Source: a virus
Virus record (IMG/VR): IMGVR_UViG_3300008113_000012
Span: 32,001-96,000 of that record
Reading direction: 5' to 3' (one strand)
Length of the DNA: 64,000 nt
In this document: positions 29,201 to 40,500 of the stretch, piece after piece
How positions within the stretch are numbered: position 1 is the stretch's first letter
Layout of the letters: every line of letters starts with the position of its first letter
The notes under the pieces: generated by a model
The model's database searches: none
The model's input: the letters and a program-made list of their open reading frames with translations, nothing else
What the model was told of the DNA's origin: nothing
Program-made: the position numbers and the translations under genes

Positions 29201-32200
29201 GATATTTTGCTGAAGATGGAGGACGTATCCGTGCTACTAACGGTAACAGCTCATATGGAACATTTGGTGTTATTGCTGAAGGATTTAATGAAGACGAAGA
29301 CCCTATTTTGGGAAATATTTTCAATAGGTACTTTGAAGCAACAGCTGAACCGTTTAGCTCATTAGGTTCAAACGCAGAAATTTTAAAATTACAATATAGT
29401 CACGCAGGAGAAATGTATGTAGTTCCCACTACTAATCTGTTAAACTATAGTAATTTATTTACTAACTGGTCGAGTGACGGTGGTGTTACATTAATCCAAT
29501 CTATAGTTTCACCGTTTGGAATATCTAACGCATGGTTATCTATCGGAAATACGTCAGCAGCAGATGCTAATTTATTTTATCAAGATATTACGATAACTCC
29601 ATCTGGGGCACAATACACAGAAGTTGAAGGTACAAACGTACCTGGTGAAGGTTCAGGATCAGGCGCTAAATTTAATATTACAGTAACTAGTACTGAATAT
29701 CTTATTGCCGTATTTGATGGAGGTACTGGTTATGTTGCTACTAACAAGATTAGAATCCTTGGCTCACAGTTAGGAGGAGTTGACGGAGAAAATGATCTAG
29801 TCATTACTGTTACTGGACTTCTTGGTACTGCCATTTCAACCGTAAGCATTACGCCAACGGGCGAATATCCAAACACTGTGCAAGTAGGAAGCATACAACC
29901 TTACACATTTAGTATCTACTGTAAAAAGGGTACTGCGACATTATTTGAAGTAATAGCAACCTTTAGCGGATATTCTACAGCATCAAGTGGAATTACTTTT
30001 AATTTTAATACATTAGAAGTAACGCCTTTTGCATTAACAGGCGGCCTTACACCTACAGTGTATTCTGCTATTCCTGTATCTGGAGCCGAAGGATGGTATA
30101 GATTGTCTTTTAGATTCAACGATGTATCTGCACTTAACAGCTCGTTAAGAATAACCATATATCCAAGATCAAGAAATGGTAGTAGTAGCTATACATTATT
30201 ATATGGATCACAATTAGAACTTGGAAATACTATAGGATTCTATCTAGATACTACTACAAATAAATTTACTTCATATGCAAATTTTGAAATTACAGGCGCA
30301 GGCACTGGAGTTAGTGTAGTAGGAGACGAAATTAGAACTAAGAGTGTATATCAGACTCGATTGTTAGAAGTTAACTCAGTTACTGGCGGTCAAAACTATT
30401 TGGTATCTACTAACAATGGACAAGCTGGTACTTTTGCTACCTTCACTATTGCGGCTTCTGACCAAGCTGGAGAAAAAGAATACTTAGGAATGCGACTATT
30501 CATTAATAGCGGAACAGGAGCAGGACAATACGGTACTATTTCATTCTTTGACACACTACTTAAAACAGCGTCGATAGTAAAAGAATCTTTTATTCCAGTT
30601 GAAATCACATCAACAGAGACTACAACAGATACGTTTACACTAAGCGGTCCAAGTGATGTAAATTCTCTATATGTTGGACAAATAGTTCAATTTGTTCCTA
30701 CTACATACAATGTATCTGTAGGTATTGTTTCTCAAAGTAGTGTTAGCGCAACAGCAACAACAGGTGGCACTGTAAATACTATCACAGTTACTAGTACTTC
30801 AAGCCTAACAGTAGATATGCCTATAGTATTTACAGGAGTAACTTTTGGTGGAGTAACTTCAAATTTTACATACTATGTGTTGACAATTATTGACGATACT
30901 AACATTCAAGTGTCTACTTTAATAGGCGGCGCAGTAGTATTATTAACAACAGTTTCACCTGGGTTAATGCAATTAAATTATCCTAATAACACCAGTTACC
31001 TGCAAGGTATTACTACAAATATGCAAGTAAATTTACCAATTTACTTTACAGGAAATCCGTTATCATCTATAGTTGCAGGAACTACTTATTTTATTAATGA
31101 GATTTATGACGGAACTAATTTTACGATCTCTCCCTCATTAATTACACTAACTGCAACCAATACTACAACAGTTAGCAATACAATAACAGTGAATGACACT
31201 ACTGGGTTAAAGTCATTAACTCCAGTAATATTTACAGGAACTTCATTTGGAGGAGTGTTAGCTAATACCAAGTATTATATTAATCATGTAGTTGATGCAA
31301 GTAAAATTACTATCTCTGCATCTGTAACAACAACTACAATTACTTCTACAAAGATAACAAGTAATTTAATCACAGCAACATCTACAACAGGATTTATAAT
31401 TGGAAACCCAATTGTATTTACAGGTACAACATTTGGAGGTATTGTCAATGATCAAACTTATTTTATATTGTATGTTGCAAACAGCACAAAGTTTACCGTA
31501 AGTAATACCTCAGTTGCATTGAATATTGCAGTATCTGAAACAACAGTATCTACAGATCCAACACGACCAAATGAACTTACTGTAGCATCGTCTAACAACC
31601 TAACGCCGCTAAATCCAATTGTATTTACAGGTACAACATTTGGAGGTATAACTGCAAACATAACATATTTTGTAAACAGAATTATTGATGCACAACATAT
31701 AACTGTTTCACCTAGTATTATTAGTGCAACGGCAACAGAAACTGAAGCAGTTTCTAATCTTATTACAGTAAATGATACCACTGGCTTTGTTCCTAATAAT
31801 CCTGTAATATTTTCAGGTGATACTTTTGGTGGTCTTGTATCTGGAACCGTGTATTATGTTTCGGCTGTAAACTCCATAACATCATTTACTGTTAGTACAG
31901 TTCCTTCAGGTTCGGCAGTTACATTAACTGATGGATTTGGTATTATAACAGTAAGAACTACTTCTGCAAATGTAACATTAACTTCAGCAACAGGTTCTTT
32001 TGCAGGTACTACCCGTTTAGGTGGAGCACCAGTATCTTTGACAACTGCAACAGGTAATTGTATTACTAGAACAACTGGTGCATCTGTAGCACTAACAACT
32101 GCAACTGGAACATTAACAGCTACTACTACATCTGCAAAAGAAGTATTGTCTAATGATTTTGGATCTATGAATGGTATTTTTGAAGTTCCGTTGATTGGAG

Positions 32201-34449
32201 GTGTTGTACGCGGAGACCATTATTATGTAAAATCAATTCTACCTGGATCAACAAACACATTTACTATTAGTGCAATTAGTCCAACTGGTACTACATTTAA
32301 TTTGACAAATAATTCAGGGTCAATGCAAATGGTTGAAGAAGGATGGGATCATGTCAATCCAGGAACTGAGCTTGTTCCGGCATTCGATGCATCGACTATC
32401 TATAGTATTGAACCAAGAATTACATATAGTGCTCCACCGTTTTCTACAGGCGGCGCCACAATTATTTCTCAACCACCAGGTGCAGCATATGCAGACATTG
32501 CATACGGTAATGGTAGATACGCTGCTATTCCTAATACTGGTAATGTTTTAGTTAACTCAGTAAACGGATTAGATTGGGATCAAATTATTTTGCCTGCTTC
32601 TAGAGTATGGTCGAGTATTGCATACGGTAACAAGTATTGGGTAATTATATCTAGCAACAGCTCGGTAACTGGGTCAACAGTATTATATTCTAATAGCAAT
32701 CTAGCAACTTGGAAATCAACTAGTTTACCAGCAGCGGGTACTATAGAGAGTCCCGTAACATGGAGTAAAGTAGTATACGGCAATGGAAGATTTATTGCCA
32801 TTACTTCAAACAGCAATGTTACTGCATATAGTACAAACTACGGTGCTAACTGGACTAACGGCGGAGTATTAGCTGCCGCTTTATGGAGCGATATAGCCTA
32901 CGGCGATAATAAATTTGTTGTAATTACTTCAAACGGAACAGCAGCAGCGTATAGCACAAATGGAATCTCATGGACTCCTACAGTTCTACCTACTAATACT
33001 ACTTGGGCTAGTGTTTCATACGGCAATGGTAGATTTGTTGCGGTTGCATCAGCGCCTGGTAAAGCCGCTTACAGCTTAGACGGAATTAATTGGGTAAGTT
33101 CTTTATATGACATATTTGCAACTAACATTGCATACGGCAACGGAGTCTTTGTTGCAACAGGGCACGAACCTTCACCGTCATCTGCTCTAGCATATATTAG
33201 CGAAGACGGCAATCGCTGGACTACTAGAGATTCTCAACTTAATATGGGGCATGTAACGTTTGGATTAACTGACACGTATGACGGGTTGTTTGTTAGTGTA
33301 AAAGGACAAAGTTTTGCTAATATAATAGAAGCAGGCTCGGTAACTAAATCAAGGCCTGTTATTAATAGTGGAGTTATTATTGGTATTAACGAATGGGAAC
33401 CAGGCGGCAATTACAGTACAGCTCCAACAGTTACAATCACAGATTCTAATGCAACACTAGTAGCATCAGTTCTTCCACTACTGGGTAACGGTGTATTAGC
33501 AAGCCCTACATTTATAAACAACGGTGTAGGTTATAATACCAATACAACTGTAATTAATATTACTGGACTAGGTTACGCAGATAGTTTTCAAATTGGTAGT
33601 AGTTTAATTATAATAGACTTGGATAGATTGCCGAGTTCTGGAGACAACTTAGCCATTGCAGATAATTCTACTATCTATAAGGTAACTAGTGCAGAATTAT
33701 TAGACGGCACACTAGCACCAAATATTACAGCACGAGTAAATATTGATCCTCCTATGACTGTAGGATTGTCCCCTACTAACGGAAGACTTGTAAGTGTTCG
33801 TACAAAATATAGTCAGGTTCGATTGACAAATCACGATCTATTAAACATAGGCTTTGGTAACTTTGAGCAATCTAACTATCCAAGATTACCTGAAACAACT
33901 GTATTATCTCCGCAAAACGAAGCAATTGAAAGCAATTTTGGTCGAGTGTTTTACAGTTCAACAGATCAAGACGGTAACTTCCGTGTAGGTAAATTGTTTG
34001 CCGTAGAGCAAGCTACTGGTATTGTTACACTAAGTGCTAGTCAATTTGGATTAAGCGGACTAAGCGAGTTAAAACTTGGAGGTATTGCTGTTGGAGGCAA
34101 CAGTGTTATTATTACACAATTTAGCACAGACAGTACATTCGTAGCAAATAGTAACAATATTATTGCAACACAAAAAGCAATTAAAGCATACTTAGGTGCA
34201 AGATTAAGTCAAGGTGGATCTAATACATTTACTGGCGAATTAACTGCTGGAACAGTCAAGGTTGGTGGTCCAGACAAAATTCAAAGTACTGTTTCTGAAG
34301 GCAATGACGGGTCTGTAGTTAATATGACAAGTTTAACAAATATTCGCGGTGTAGGTGACGGAGTCGATGCTGCGTACGGTGCATGGGACGGTGATGGTAT
34401 GGCAATGTTCTTCTTCCAGAAGAGTTTTGCCTCAGGAACAGCAATATAA
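26278..34449 (+). CDS. Giant modular virion fibre/appendage protein (2723 aa)
   Basis: N-terminal W...Y..GD.V.YGG..Y.C repeats (CBM5/12-like), beta-helix, one helical RDTGY domain, PIVFTGTTFGG repeats, W..IAYGNG.FV propeller-like repeats. Confidence 0.82.
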   Translation: MAAEFKIGRLRYTWKGAWGTATFYNRDAVASFDGKTYVCLVPHTSSQFYSDYNYVDPVNGSAPRWTLMLDGTSWKGEWQPLTSYTLGAIVLYGGSLYKRIVNAPSGPTFNTANWEIYIDVNSNWAGEWITATLYKLGDIVKYGATTYRCIVQHTSALLLETNLANWEIVEAGIEFKGTWNPSAVRYKVNDIVKYGPDLWIANVGHTSALPFNASTDIENTLLSWRLWLPGAEYTTSWSSTTIYQPGEVVMYGGYSYVNLTINNQNILPTAPGSDWEVVTTGYSFQNDWLVGTAYKIGSVVRRGGNLFEAIIDTQGEDPTEATVTVNYTAAGSSGTTLVVNDTTGIYPGMIISGDGFGLGQFVTEVVDGTTLAISLAPDNTIIDNYPLSLTGVNGTDWKLITPGIRWRNRWLAGSTYVVGDIAIWNNATYKCVKTNVASTPNRPDNNITNDIWILHLPHDQYNVLNLPGDMVVNTDGTNEALSIGPEGFLLKSINGIPTWSNVFQTPAVYYVTPDGTDLPGSGRTWDNPYKSIKYACDQINTGIFNLFAKTRLLNNKEFLVEEVVQWQIYQVAQGNAPFTINVFPDEFKTRRDTGYLIDAIIFDLSRGGNSQTVAFVLSFFDRESDNKFVTDEVADEIDTFIATLNHLFDIILDVLNGVTVTPSYIDLNNVVTDLVQVIGAPVEVLVINLVNDYRSIIITPLVDANTNNVPPENQGLTSTVMVKTGAFFEDLPIVVPSNTALVGDELRGTVVSPKVTINTIITRTLASTNVFVTVSTVGMVEGMGVQFVSSNPVDDKTTIFGGVTAGQTYYIVGEITATQFQVSETVGGSPITVTNNIGVMKIYGGDALKDMFYVQNATGIRNMTLTGLLGTLTDVNDFNTRRPTGGAYVSLDPGSGPDDTSAWIIKRSPYIQNVTTFGIGCVGLKVDGTLHLGGNKSVVANDFTQILSDGIGAWITGPDALSELVSVFSYYNYAGYFAEDGGRIRATNGNSSYGTFGVIAEGFNEDEDPILGNIFNRYFEATAEPFSSLGSNAEILKLQYSHAGEMYVVPTTNLLNYSNLFTNWSSDGGVTLIQSIVSPFGISNAWLSIGNTSAADANLFYQDITITPSGAQYTEVEGTNVPGEGSGSGAKFNITVTSTEYLIAVFDGGTGYVATNKIRILGSQLGGVDGENDLVITVTGLLGTAISTVSITPTGEYPNTVQVGSIQPYTFSIYCKKGTATLFEVIATFSGYSTASSGITFNFNTLEVTPFALTGGLTPTVYSAIPVSGAEGWYRLSFRFNDVSALNSSLRITIYPRSRNGSSSYTLLYGSQLELGNTIGFYLDTTTNKFTSYANFEITGAGTGVSVVGDEIRTKSVYQTRLLEVNSVTGGQNYLVSTNNGQAGTFATFTIAASDQAGEKEYLGMRLFINSGTGAGQYGTISFFDTLLKTASIVKESFIPVEITSTETTTDTFTLSGPSDVNSLYVGQIVQFVPTTYNVSVGIVSQSSVSATATTGGTVNTITVTSTSSLTVDMPIVFTGVTFGGVTSNFTYYVLTIIDDTNIQVSTLIGGAVVLLTTVSPGLMQLNYPNNTSYLQGITTNMQVNLPIYFTGNPLSSIVAGTTYFINEIYDGTNFTISPSLITLTATNTTTVSNTITVNDTTGLKSLTPVIFTGTSFGGVLANTKYYINHVVDASKITISASVTTTTITSTKITSNLITATSTTGFIIGNPIVFTGTTFGGIVNDQTYFILYVANSTKFTVSNTSVALNIAVSETTVSTDPTRPNELTVASSNNLTPLNPIVFTGTTFGGITANITYFVNRIIDAQHITVSPSIISATATETEAVSNLITVNDTTGFVPNNPVIFSGDTFGGLVSGTVYYVSAVNSITSFTVSTVPSGSAVTLTDGFGIITVRTTSANVTLTSATGSFAGTTRLGGAPVSLTTATGNCITRTTGASVALTTATGTLTATTTSAKEVLSNDFGSMNGIFEVPLIGGVVRGDHYYVKSILPGSTNTFTISAISPTGTTFNLTNNSGSMQMVEEGWDHVNPGTELVPAFDASTIYSIEPRITYSAPPFSTGGATIISQPPGAAYADIAYGNGRYAAIPNTGNVLVNSVNGLDWDQIILPASRVWSSIAYGNKYWVIISSNSSVTGSTVLYSNSNLATWKSTSLPAAGTIESPVTWSKVVYGNGRFIAITSNSNVTAYSTNYGANWTNGGVLAAALWSDIAYGDNKFVVITSNGTAAAYSTNGISWTPTVLPTNTTWASVSYGNGRFVAVASAPGKAAYSLDGINWVSSLYDIFATNIAYGNGVFVATGHEPSPSSALAYISEDGNRWTTRDSQLNMGHVTFGLTDTYDGLFVSVKGQSFANIIEAGSVTKSRPVINSGVIIGINEWEPGGNYSTAPTVTITDSNATLVASVLPLLGNGVLASPTFINNGVGYNTNTTVINITGLGYADSFQIGSSLIIIDLDRLPSSGDNLAIADNSTIYKVTSAELLDGTLAPNITARVNIDPPMTVGLSPTNGRLVSVRTKYSQVRLTNHDLLNIGFGNFEQSNYPRLPETTVLSPQNEAIESNFGRVFYSSTDQDGNFRVGKLFAVEQATGIVTLSASQFGLSGLSELKLGGIAVGGNSVIITQFSTDSTFVANSNNIIATQKAIKAYLGARLSQGGSNTFTGELTAGTVKVGGPDKIQSTVSEGNDGSVVNMTSLTNIRGVGDGVDAAYGAWDGDGMAMFFFQKSFASGTAI
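31408..31649 (+). repeat. Exact 35-nt intragenic direct repeat (31408-31442 and 31615-31649)
   Basis: CCAATTGTATTTACAGGTACAACATTTGGAGGTAT occurs twice within tandem PIVFTGTTFGG domains. Confidence 0.9.
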
Positions 34450-34477
34450 TGATGTTCTTACAGAGAAAGGTAATAGA

Positions 34478-34505
34478 AAGTGTAAGATTTACACTTAGAT
34501 AAATA
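34478..34505 (+). promoter_or_regulatory. Hairpin followed by late promoter TAAATA
   Basis: AAGTGTAA-GAT-TTACACTT, then TAAATA at 34500-34505. Confidence 0.55.
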
Positions 34506-34527
34506 TAATGTAAAAGGATGAAAGCAA

Positions 34528-37500
34528 ATGGCTGAATTTAAACTAGGTAGAATTAGATTTGTATGGAAAGGTCAATGGACTGTAGGAACGCCATATCTAA
34601 TTGATGACGTCGTGAGTAACGGCGGAAAAAGTTATATTTGTGTTGTAAATCATACAGCATCTAGTTTATTCGATACAGACTTAGATTTTACACCAACAAA
34701 GTGGAATATTGTAGCTGACGGAACACAATGGAATGGTGACTGGGCTTCAGGAACATATTATAATCCAGGTGCCGTTGTTAAGTATGGTGCAGTAGTTTAT
34801 ATTTGTGCAACAGGACATACTTCAGCCACCTATATTGCCCCAACATATTTAGGTTTAGAAGACGACTTAGAAAAGTGGGAAGTATTTGCAACATCATTCG
34901 AATGGAAAAGCAACTGGGCAACTTCTACAAGATATAAGCTAAATGATTTTGTAGTATATGGCGGGACTACTTATGTTTGCACAGAAGGCCACGTTAGTGC
35001 TGCTACTGCAACACTAGGATTAGAGGATGATTCCGACAAGTGGGATATTTTTAATCAAGGTGTTACCTATCTTGGTGACTGGAATGATGCAAGTATACGC
35101 TATAAGGAAAATGACGTAGTTAAATACGGAGCAAATTTATGGATTTGCGTCGATTATCATACAAGTGAAGACCCGTTCGATGAAACAAAGTGGGATATAT
35201 TTGTAAACGGTTTTGAATTTGAAAGCTCATGGAATAATAGTACAGAGTACCAACAAGGAGATGTTGTAACATATGGCGGTTATTCATATATTGCTAAAAC
35301 AATTAACATTAATAAACAACCTACAAGTAATCTAGCAGACTGGAGTGTTTACACTACAGGATTTAGTTTTACAGGAGAGTGGGATGTTGCTACAAATTAT
35401 AAAATTGGATCAGTTATTAGGTATGGTGCATACACTTACGTATCAAAAGTTGATAATCTAGGACAGACTCCAACCAACACTACCTATTGGGATTTATTAA
35501 ACAACGGTTTTAGATGGACATCGACACCTGAGACATATCTAGCAGTAGCATCTGTTGGTGCAACTGGTTTAGGACAAGGTGCAAAATTTGATGTTACTCG
35601 TTCAAATACAGTATACACTGTAACAATTGCAAGTGGATTCCCAGGAACTGATTATGCAGTCGGTGATAAAGTTAAAATATTAGGATCACTAGTCGGTGGC
35701 ACTACACAAGCTAATGATATTACACTTACAGTTACTGGCATTACTGGCGGCGGTTCTACAGGACCGTTATCAACATTTACATGGACTGGCGCAGCAATTT
35801 CTTGGGCAGTTGATGTTAGTTATTTGTTAGGCGACATTGTATCGTTTAGTGCTAATTCATACATATGTATTGACCCCCACCTTTCAAGTTTATTAAACAG
35901 ACCTGACGCGGACACAGTTGGAGACTATTGGAATTTATTAACTGCTGGAGCAGAATATAACGTTCTATTAGAAACTGGTGATTTGGTATACTACGGTGCA
36001 AACGGTCCGACTAGACTACCAGTCGGTATTAACGGTCAAGTTTTGCGAAGCCAAGACGGATTCCCAATTTGGGCAAATTACGGTCTTATCAACAACTTAG
36101 TATACGTTGGACCACTAGGACGAGATGTAGCGTATCCAGCCGCTGGTGCAACAATCGATCAGCCATGGAAAACTGTAAAATTTGCAACAAAACAAATTGA
36201 GGAAGGATACTTATATCCTAATGCAAGAACACTGTTGGCAAAAAATAAACAGTTTATTATGAAAGAAATTACCAATTGGGTAATCTATACATATACAGTT
36301 GATATTACTGAGTCAACTGCTCTTACTGATGTGTTTACTTGTGCAAGCACTGCTAACCTAACAGCAAATATGCCAATTGAGTTCTCTGGAACACTTGGCG
36401 GAGTTACAGCAGGACAAAAATATTATGTAAAAACTGTTGTAAGCAGTACAACATTTACAATTTCAGAAGCATTAGGTGGAACATTAAAACAATTAACTGA
36501 TGCTACAGGTTCAATGACCGGTACACTATCATACGATAGTGATTTCTGTGAACGTGATGTTGGATTAATTGTTGAAGCATTAAAACACGATATTGCACAT
36601 GGAGGAAATAGTAAGATTACTCTTGCCGCCAAGGCATATTACACACCGGCAGGCAATGCATATATTAACAGTAATTTTGGAACACAAAAAATTCAAACTA
36701 TTGCTGCATATAACTACTTAACTACTCTAGTAGTTAACGTTCTTAATAACGAGCCGTGGAGAAATTATCAAGCATTCAACGGTATTACTAATGGTATAAC
36801 ACAAGTTGTTGACGAATCATTACCTGTTGAAGCAGGAGTAACTACTACAGTTGGTGCACTGATGTCTATTATCACAACAGGTATCAATGTAGGTAATGCA
36901 ACAGCAATCCCTGCACCAATTTATCCCAACACAACTATATCTGTCAAGACAGGTACTTTTGCAGAAGTGTTGCCAATGGTTATTTCTCCATTTACTGCGG
37001 TGGTAGGAGACGAATTAAGAAGTACCGTAATTCAACCAGCACTAGCAAACGACTTGCTAGTGAACGACAAACCAAAAGCTACATCAGCACTAACTCGTAT
37101 TAGTAATATTGTTAGCGATGTAATTCAAAATGTTGAGATAACCCCAACATCTGGCAACACTGAAACACAACTATATGTTGGCGGATACGCAGGCAACAGT
37201 ACAACTACTACCGCAGTTGGAACCAAGACTGCAATTGTTTCAGCTATCTTATCAGGTGGACTTGGATCTGTTCCAAGTACAGTCTTAATAGACCCAACAG
37301 GGTATGATGCTGGATTTGAAAATGCTCGTAGACTAATTGTTTTAAACAAGGCATTCTTACAAGCTGAAATCGCTGCATACATGACAGTGAACTATAACAC
37401 ATTATGGAACACTACACTAACTGCTCCACAACGTGCAGCATGGTCTACTGAAGTTGGTTATCTTGTTGATGCACTAGCATATGATTTAACTTATGGCGGA

Positions 37501-40500
37501 AACTTAGAGAGTATAGTTACTGCACGTTTATATTATCCTTCAGGAGTATTTGCTGCACACTTAGGTGTAAAAGCCGCAGCAATTGCAATCTACTCACGTT
37601 TAGTAGCAATTATAAACTTCATTGCTGTAGGTGATAATAGTCCTAGCAGCTGGACTAAGTCTGTAGGTAATGCACTTAACCAAGACGACTCTCTGCCACA
37701 CGGTTCTGTAAATGCAGGAGTATTTGCAGAAGATAGGGTTCAAGAAATTTATACTTCAATTGATACAGAAGATCTTCCATTAACTGTTGAGCCTAGTATT
37801 ACTTGGGTAACTGGTGGTCTAGTTGATGCTAAGAATGCAATTCAATCGTTAAAGGCAGGTATACAAGCGGGCGCCATTGAATATATTAACACAAATTATC
37901 CAACTTTAGTTTACGATACTGCCGCACATGCTATTGACGTTGGTTATCTAGTTGATGCAGTTGCGTATGATATAATGTTTGGTGCTAACTTCCGCTCTAT
38001 TAGAGTAGGTATGTTGTATTTCAGAGGAACTGCAAGTACTGAATTAAGTGTATCCACAGATTTACCAGAATTACTAGATACTGTCACGTATGTTGACATT
38101 GCTATCAAACAAATTACCAACGGACAAGTAGGTTCAGTAGGTAGCGAACTAGCAGTATCAAGAGCCATAGCTAGTGCAGATGTAATTTATGATATTGTTG
38201 CTAGCGGATTAGGTGCAGTACCGTCATTAGTATTACCAGACCCAGTAGGTTATGATATTAATTATTCAAGAGCAAGAGCACAGATTGTACAAAATTATGC
38301 TTTTATTAAAGCTGAGATTGCAGCATTCTTAAATCTAAACTACAACGCAGTTTGGGTTAGCCTTGGAGCAACAGGACAAGCAGGATGTGCTAGAGATATT
38401 GGTTACATCTTAGACGGTGTACGTTATGATATTACCTATGGTGGCAATACACAATCATTAATTGTAGGCAGTGCTTACTATTCGAATTATGATTCAACTA
38501 TTGATCTTGGTGAGATTGCAGCAACAGTTGCAGCCTACGCTAGAATTAAAACAATTATTGGACAAATTGCACAAGCACAGGCAGTGACAATTACTCCCGG
38601 TAATGCAGTTTCTCAAGTTGGTGTAGGTGTTAGTGGCGGCAACGCTGCATCTGCGACATTTGCACAAGATCGTGTACAAGATGTTATTGACTGGATCAAT
38701 AATGGCGACGCTAATGCAACCATTGCACCTGATACTACATGGGCAACTTCGGCAATAGAAACAGCATTTGCTGCCTTGCAAGATAAGAAAACAGAAATTG
38801 TTGCAGATGTAACATGGTGGGTCTACAAGAACTATCAAGATGTAAACTTTAACGAAGAACTATGTGCTAGAGATACTGGCTATATGGTTGATGCAATAAG
38901 CTATGATGTAGCATTTGGCAGTAACTTTGCTGCTATTACAGCAGGTAGAGCACTACAACGTGCTACTGTTTCTGCTACGGTTGTTACAACAACTCAACGT
39001 CAAGCTGAACTAGGTGCTATTAATTTCTTAAAATACAAAGCTAAGACAGTGGCAGCTACAGGTGCAGTTGCACAGACTAAAGCTATTATATCTGATGTAA
39101 TTGCAACTATTAATGGTGGATCAATTCCTCGACTACAGTGGAACAATCCTTCAACAATCACTAGTGCGTATGCTGCCGCAACAGTATTGCTAAGAGATAA
39201 TAAGGCATTTATTCAAGCAGAAATCACCGCATGGATTGATGTACAAATTGGTTTAGGTACTAGTGGATTTGTTGGTTTAGAATTCAGCAGAGCAGCATGT
39301 GAACGAGATGTTGGCTTAATTGTTGAAGCACTGGTATATGACTTAACATACGGCTACGGTGTTGGTAACATTGGTAAAATTGCTACACTGATTGCAGGTA
39401 AAGCATATTATTCTGCATTAACTGGCGCCCTTGAAATTGACTCAGGTGACACAACTGCTACTGTTGCAGCTTACAATAGATTAAAATCTGTTGCACAAAG
39501 TGTAGTACAAGATAATGCAGTAACACCAAGTGCAGGCAACACAGTTTCTCAAGTAAGAGCAGCATCTGGACAAACAGTTGGGTCAGGTGCAACAGCTACC
39601 TCAGTCGGAACTTTAGTTGATGTTATTACTAATATAATCACAAACGGATTAACAACAGGTGTTCCTACTATAACAATTACCGCAGTAGCCGGAGGCACTA
39701 CATTTACTAGCGGAACACATAATCTTGCAGTAGGAGATGTTGTTATTCCACAAGCGACAGGTAACGGTTTAGTTAGTGGAACAAGATATTATGTTGCATC
39801 TACTCCTTTAGGCACAACATTTACGTTGGCTGCATATCAAGGTGGCGCAGCAATTACTACATTTACTAACGGTACTGGTTTAACTATTCTTGCTGAAATC
39901 AACAATTTGCCAAGTACAAGTTGGGTTATTGCAGGTCTAGTAACACAAAGAAATAATCTACAAGCAACTAAAGCCACAATTAAAAATCAGATTACAGCGT
40001 ATATTGAAACTAATTTTCCAACATTGTCATATGACTCAGCAACTTGCGAAAGAGACATTGGGCTAATTATTGATTACATTGCCTATGATATGATGTTTGA
40101 CAGCAACTATCTAACAATAACATCAGCTAGAAGTTATTTTAGAGCACAGGCTGAACTAGTGTTAGGCGGGCAAAAAGAAGCAACAGTTGCATCGTTTAGA
40201 TATCTTAAAACTCTATTGTTAACAGCAGTAGACGGTGATACTACTGCCACTCGTAGATTAAAAGTATTAATGGATATTATTATTGATACAATGGTTAACG
40301 GAACAGGATCAACTGCTGAAGTAGTAGGTACTGTTACTTACAAAAATGATGTAGGAATGTTTACTGGAGCAGAAGTTTTAAGATTAAATAAAAACTTCCT
40401 TGCAGAAGAAGCAACAGCATGGATTAAGCAAAACTTCAGCGGTACTGTAACTAGTGTAACTGCGTCATCTGACTTATACACTTCAAGTGCAGCACACAAC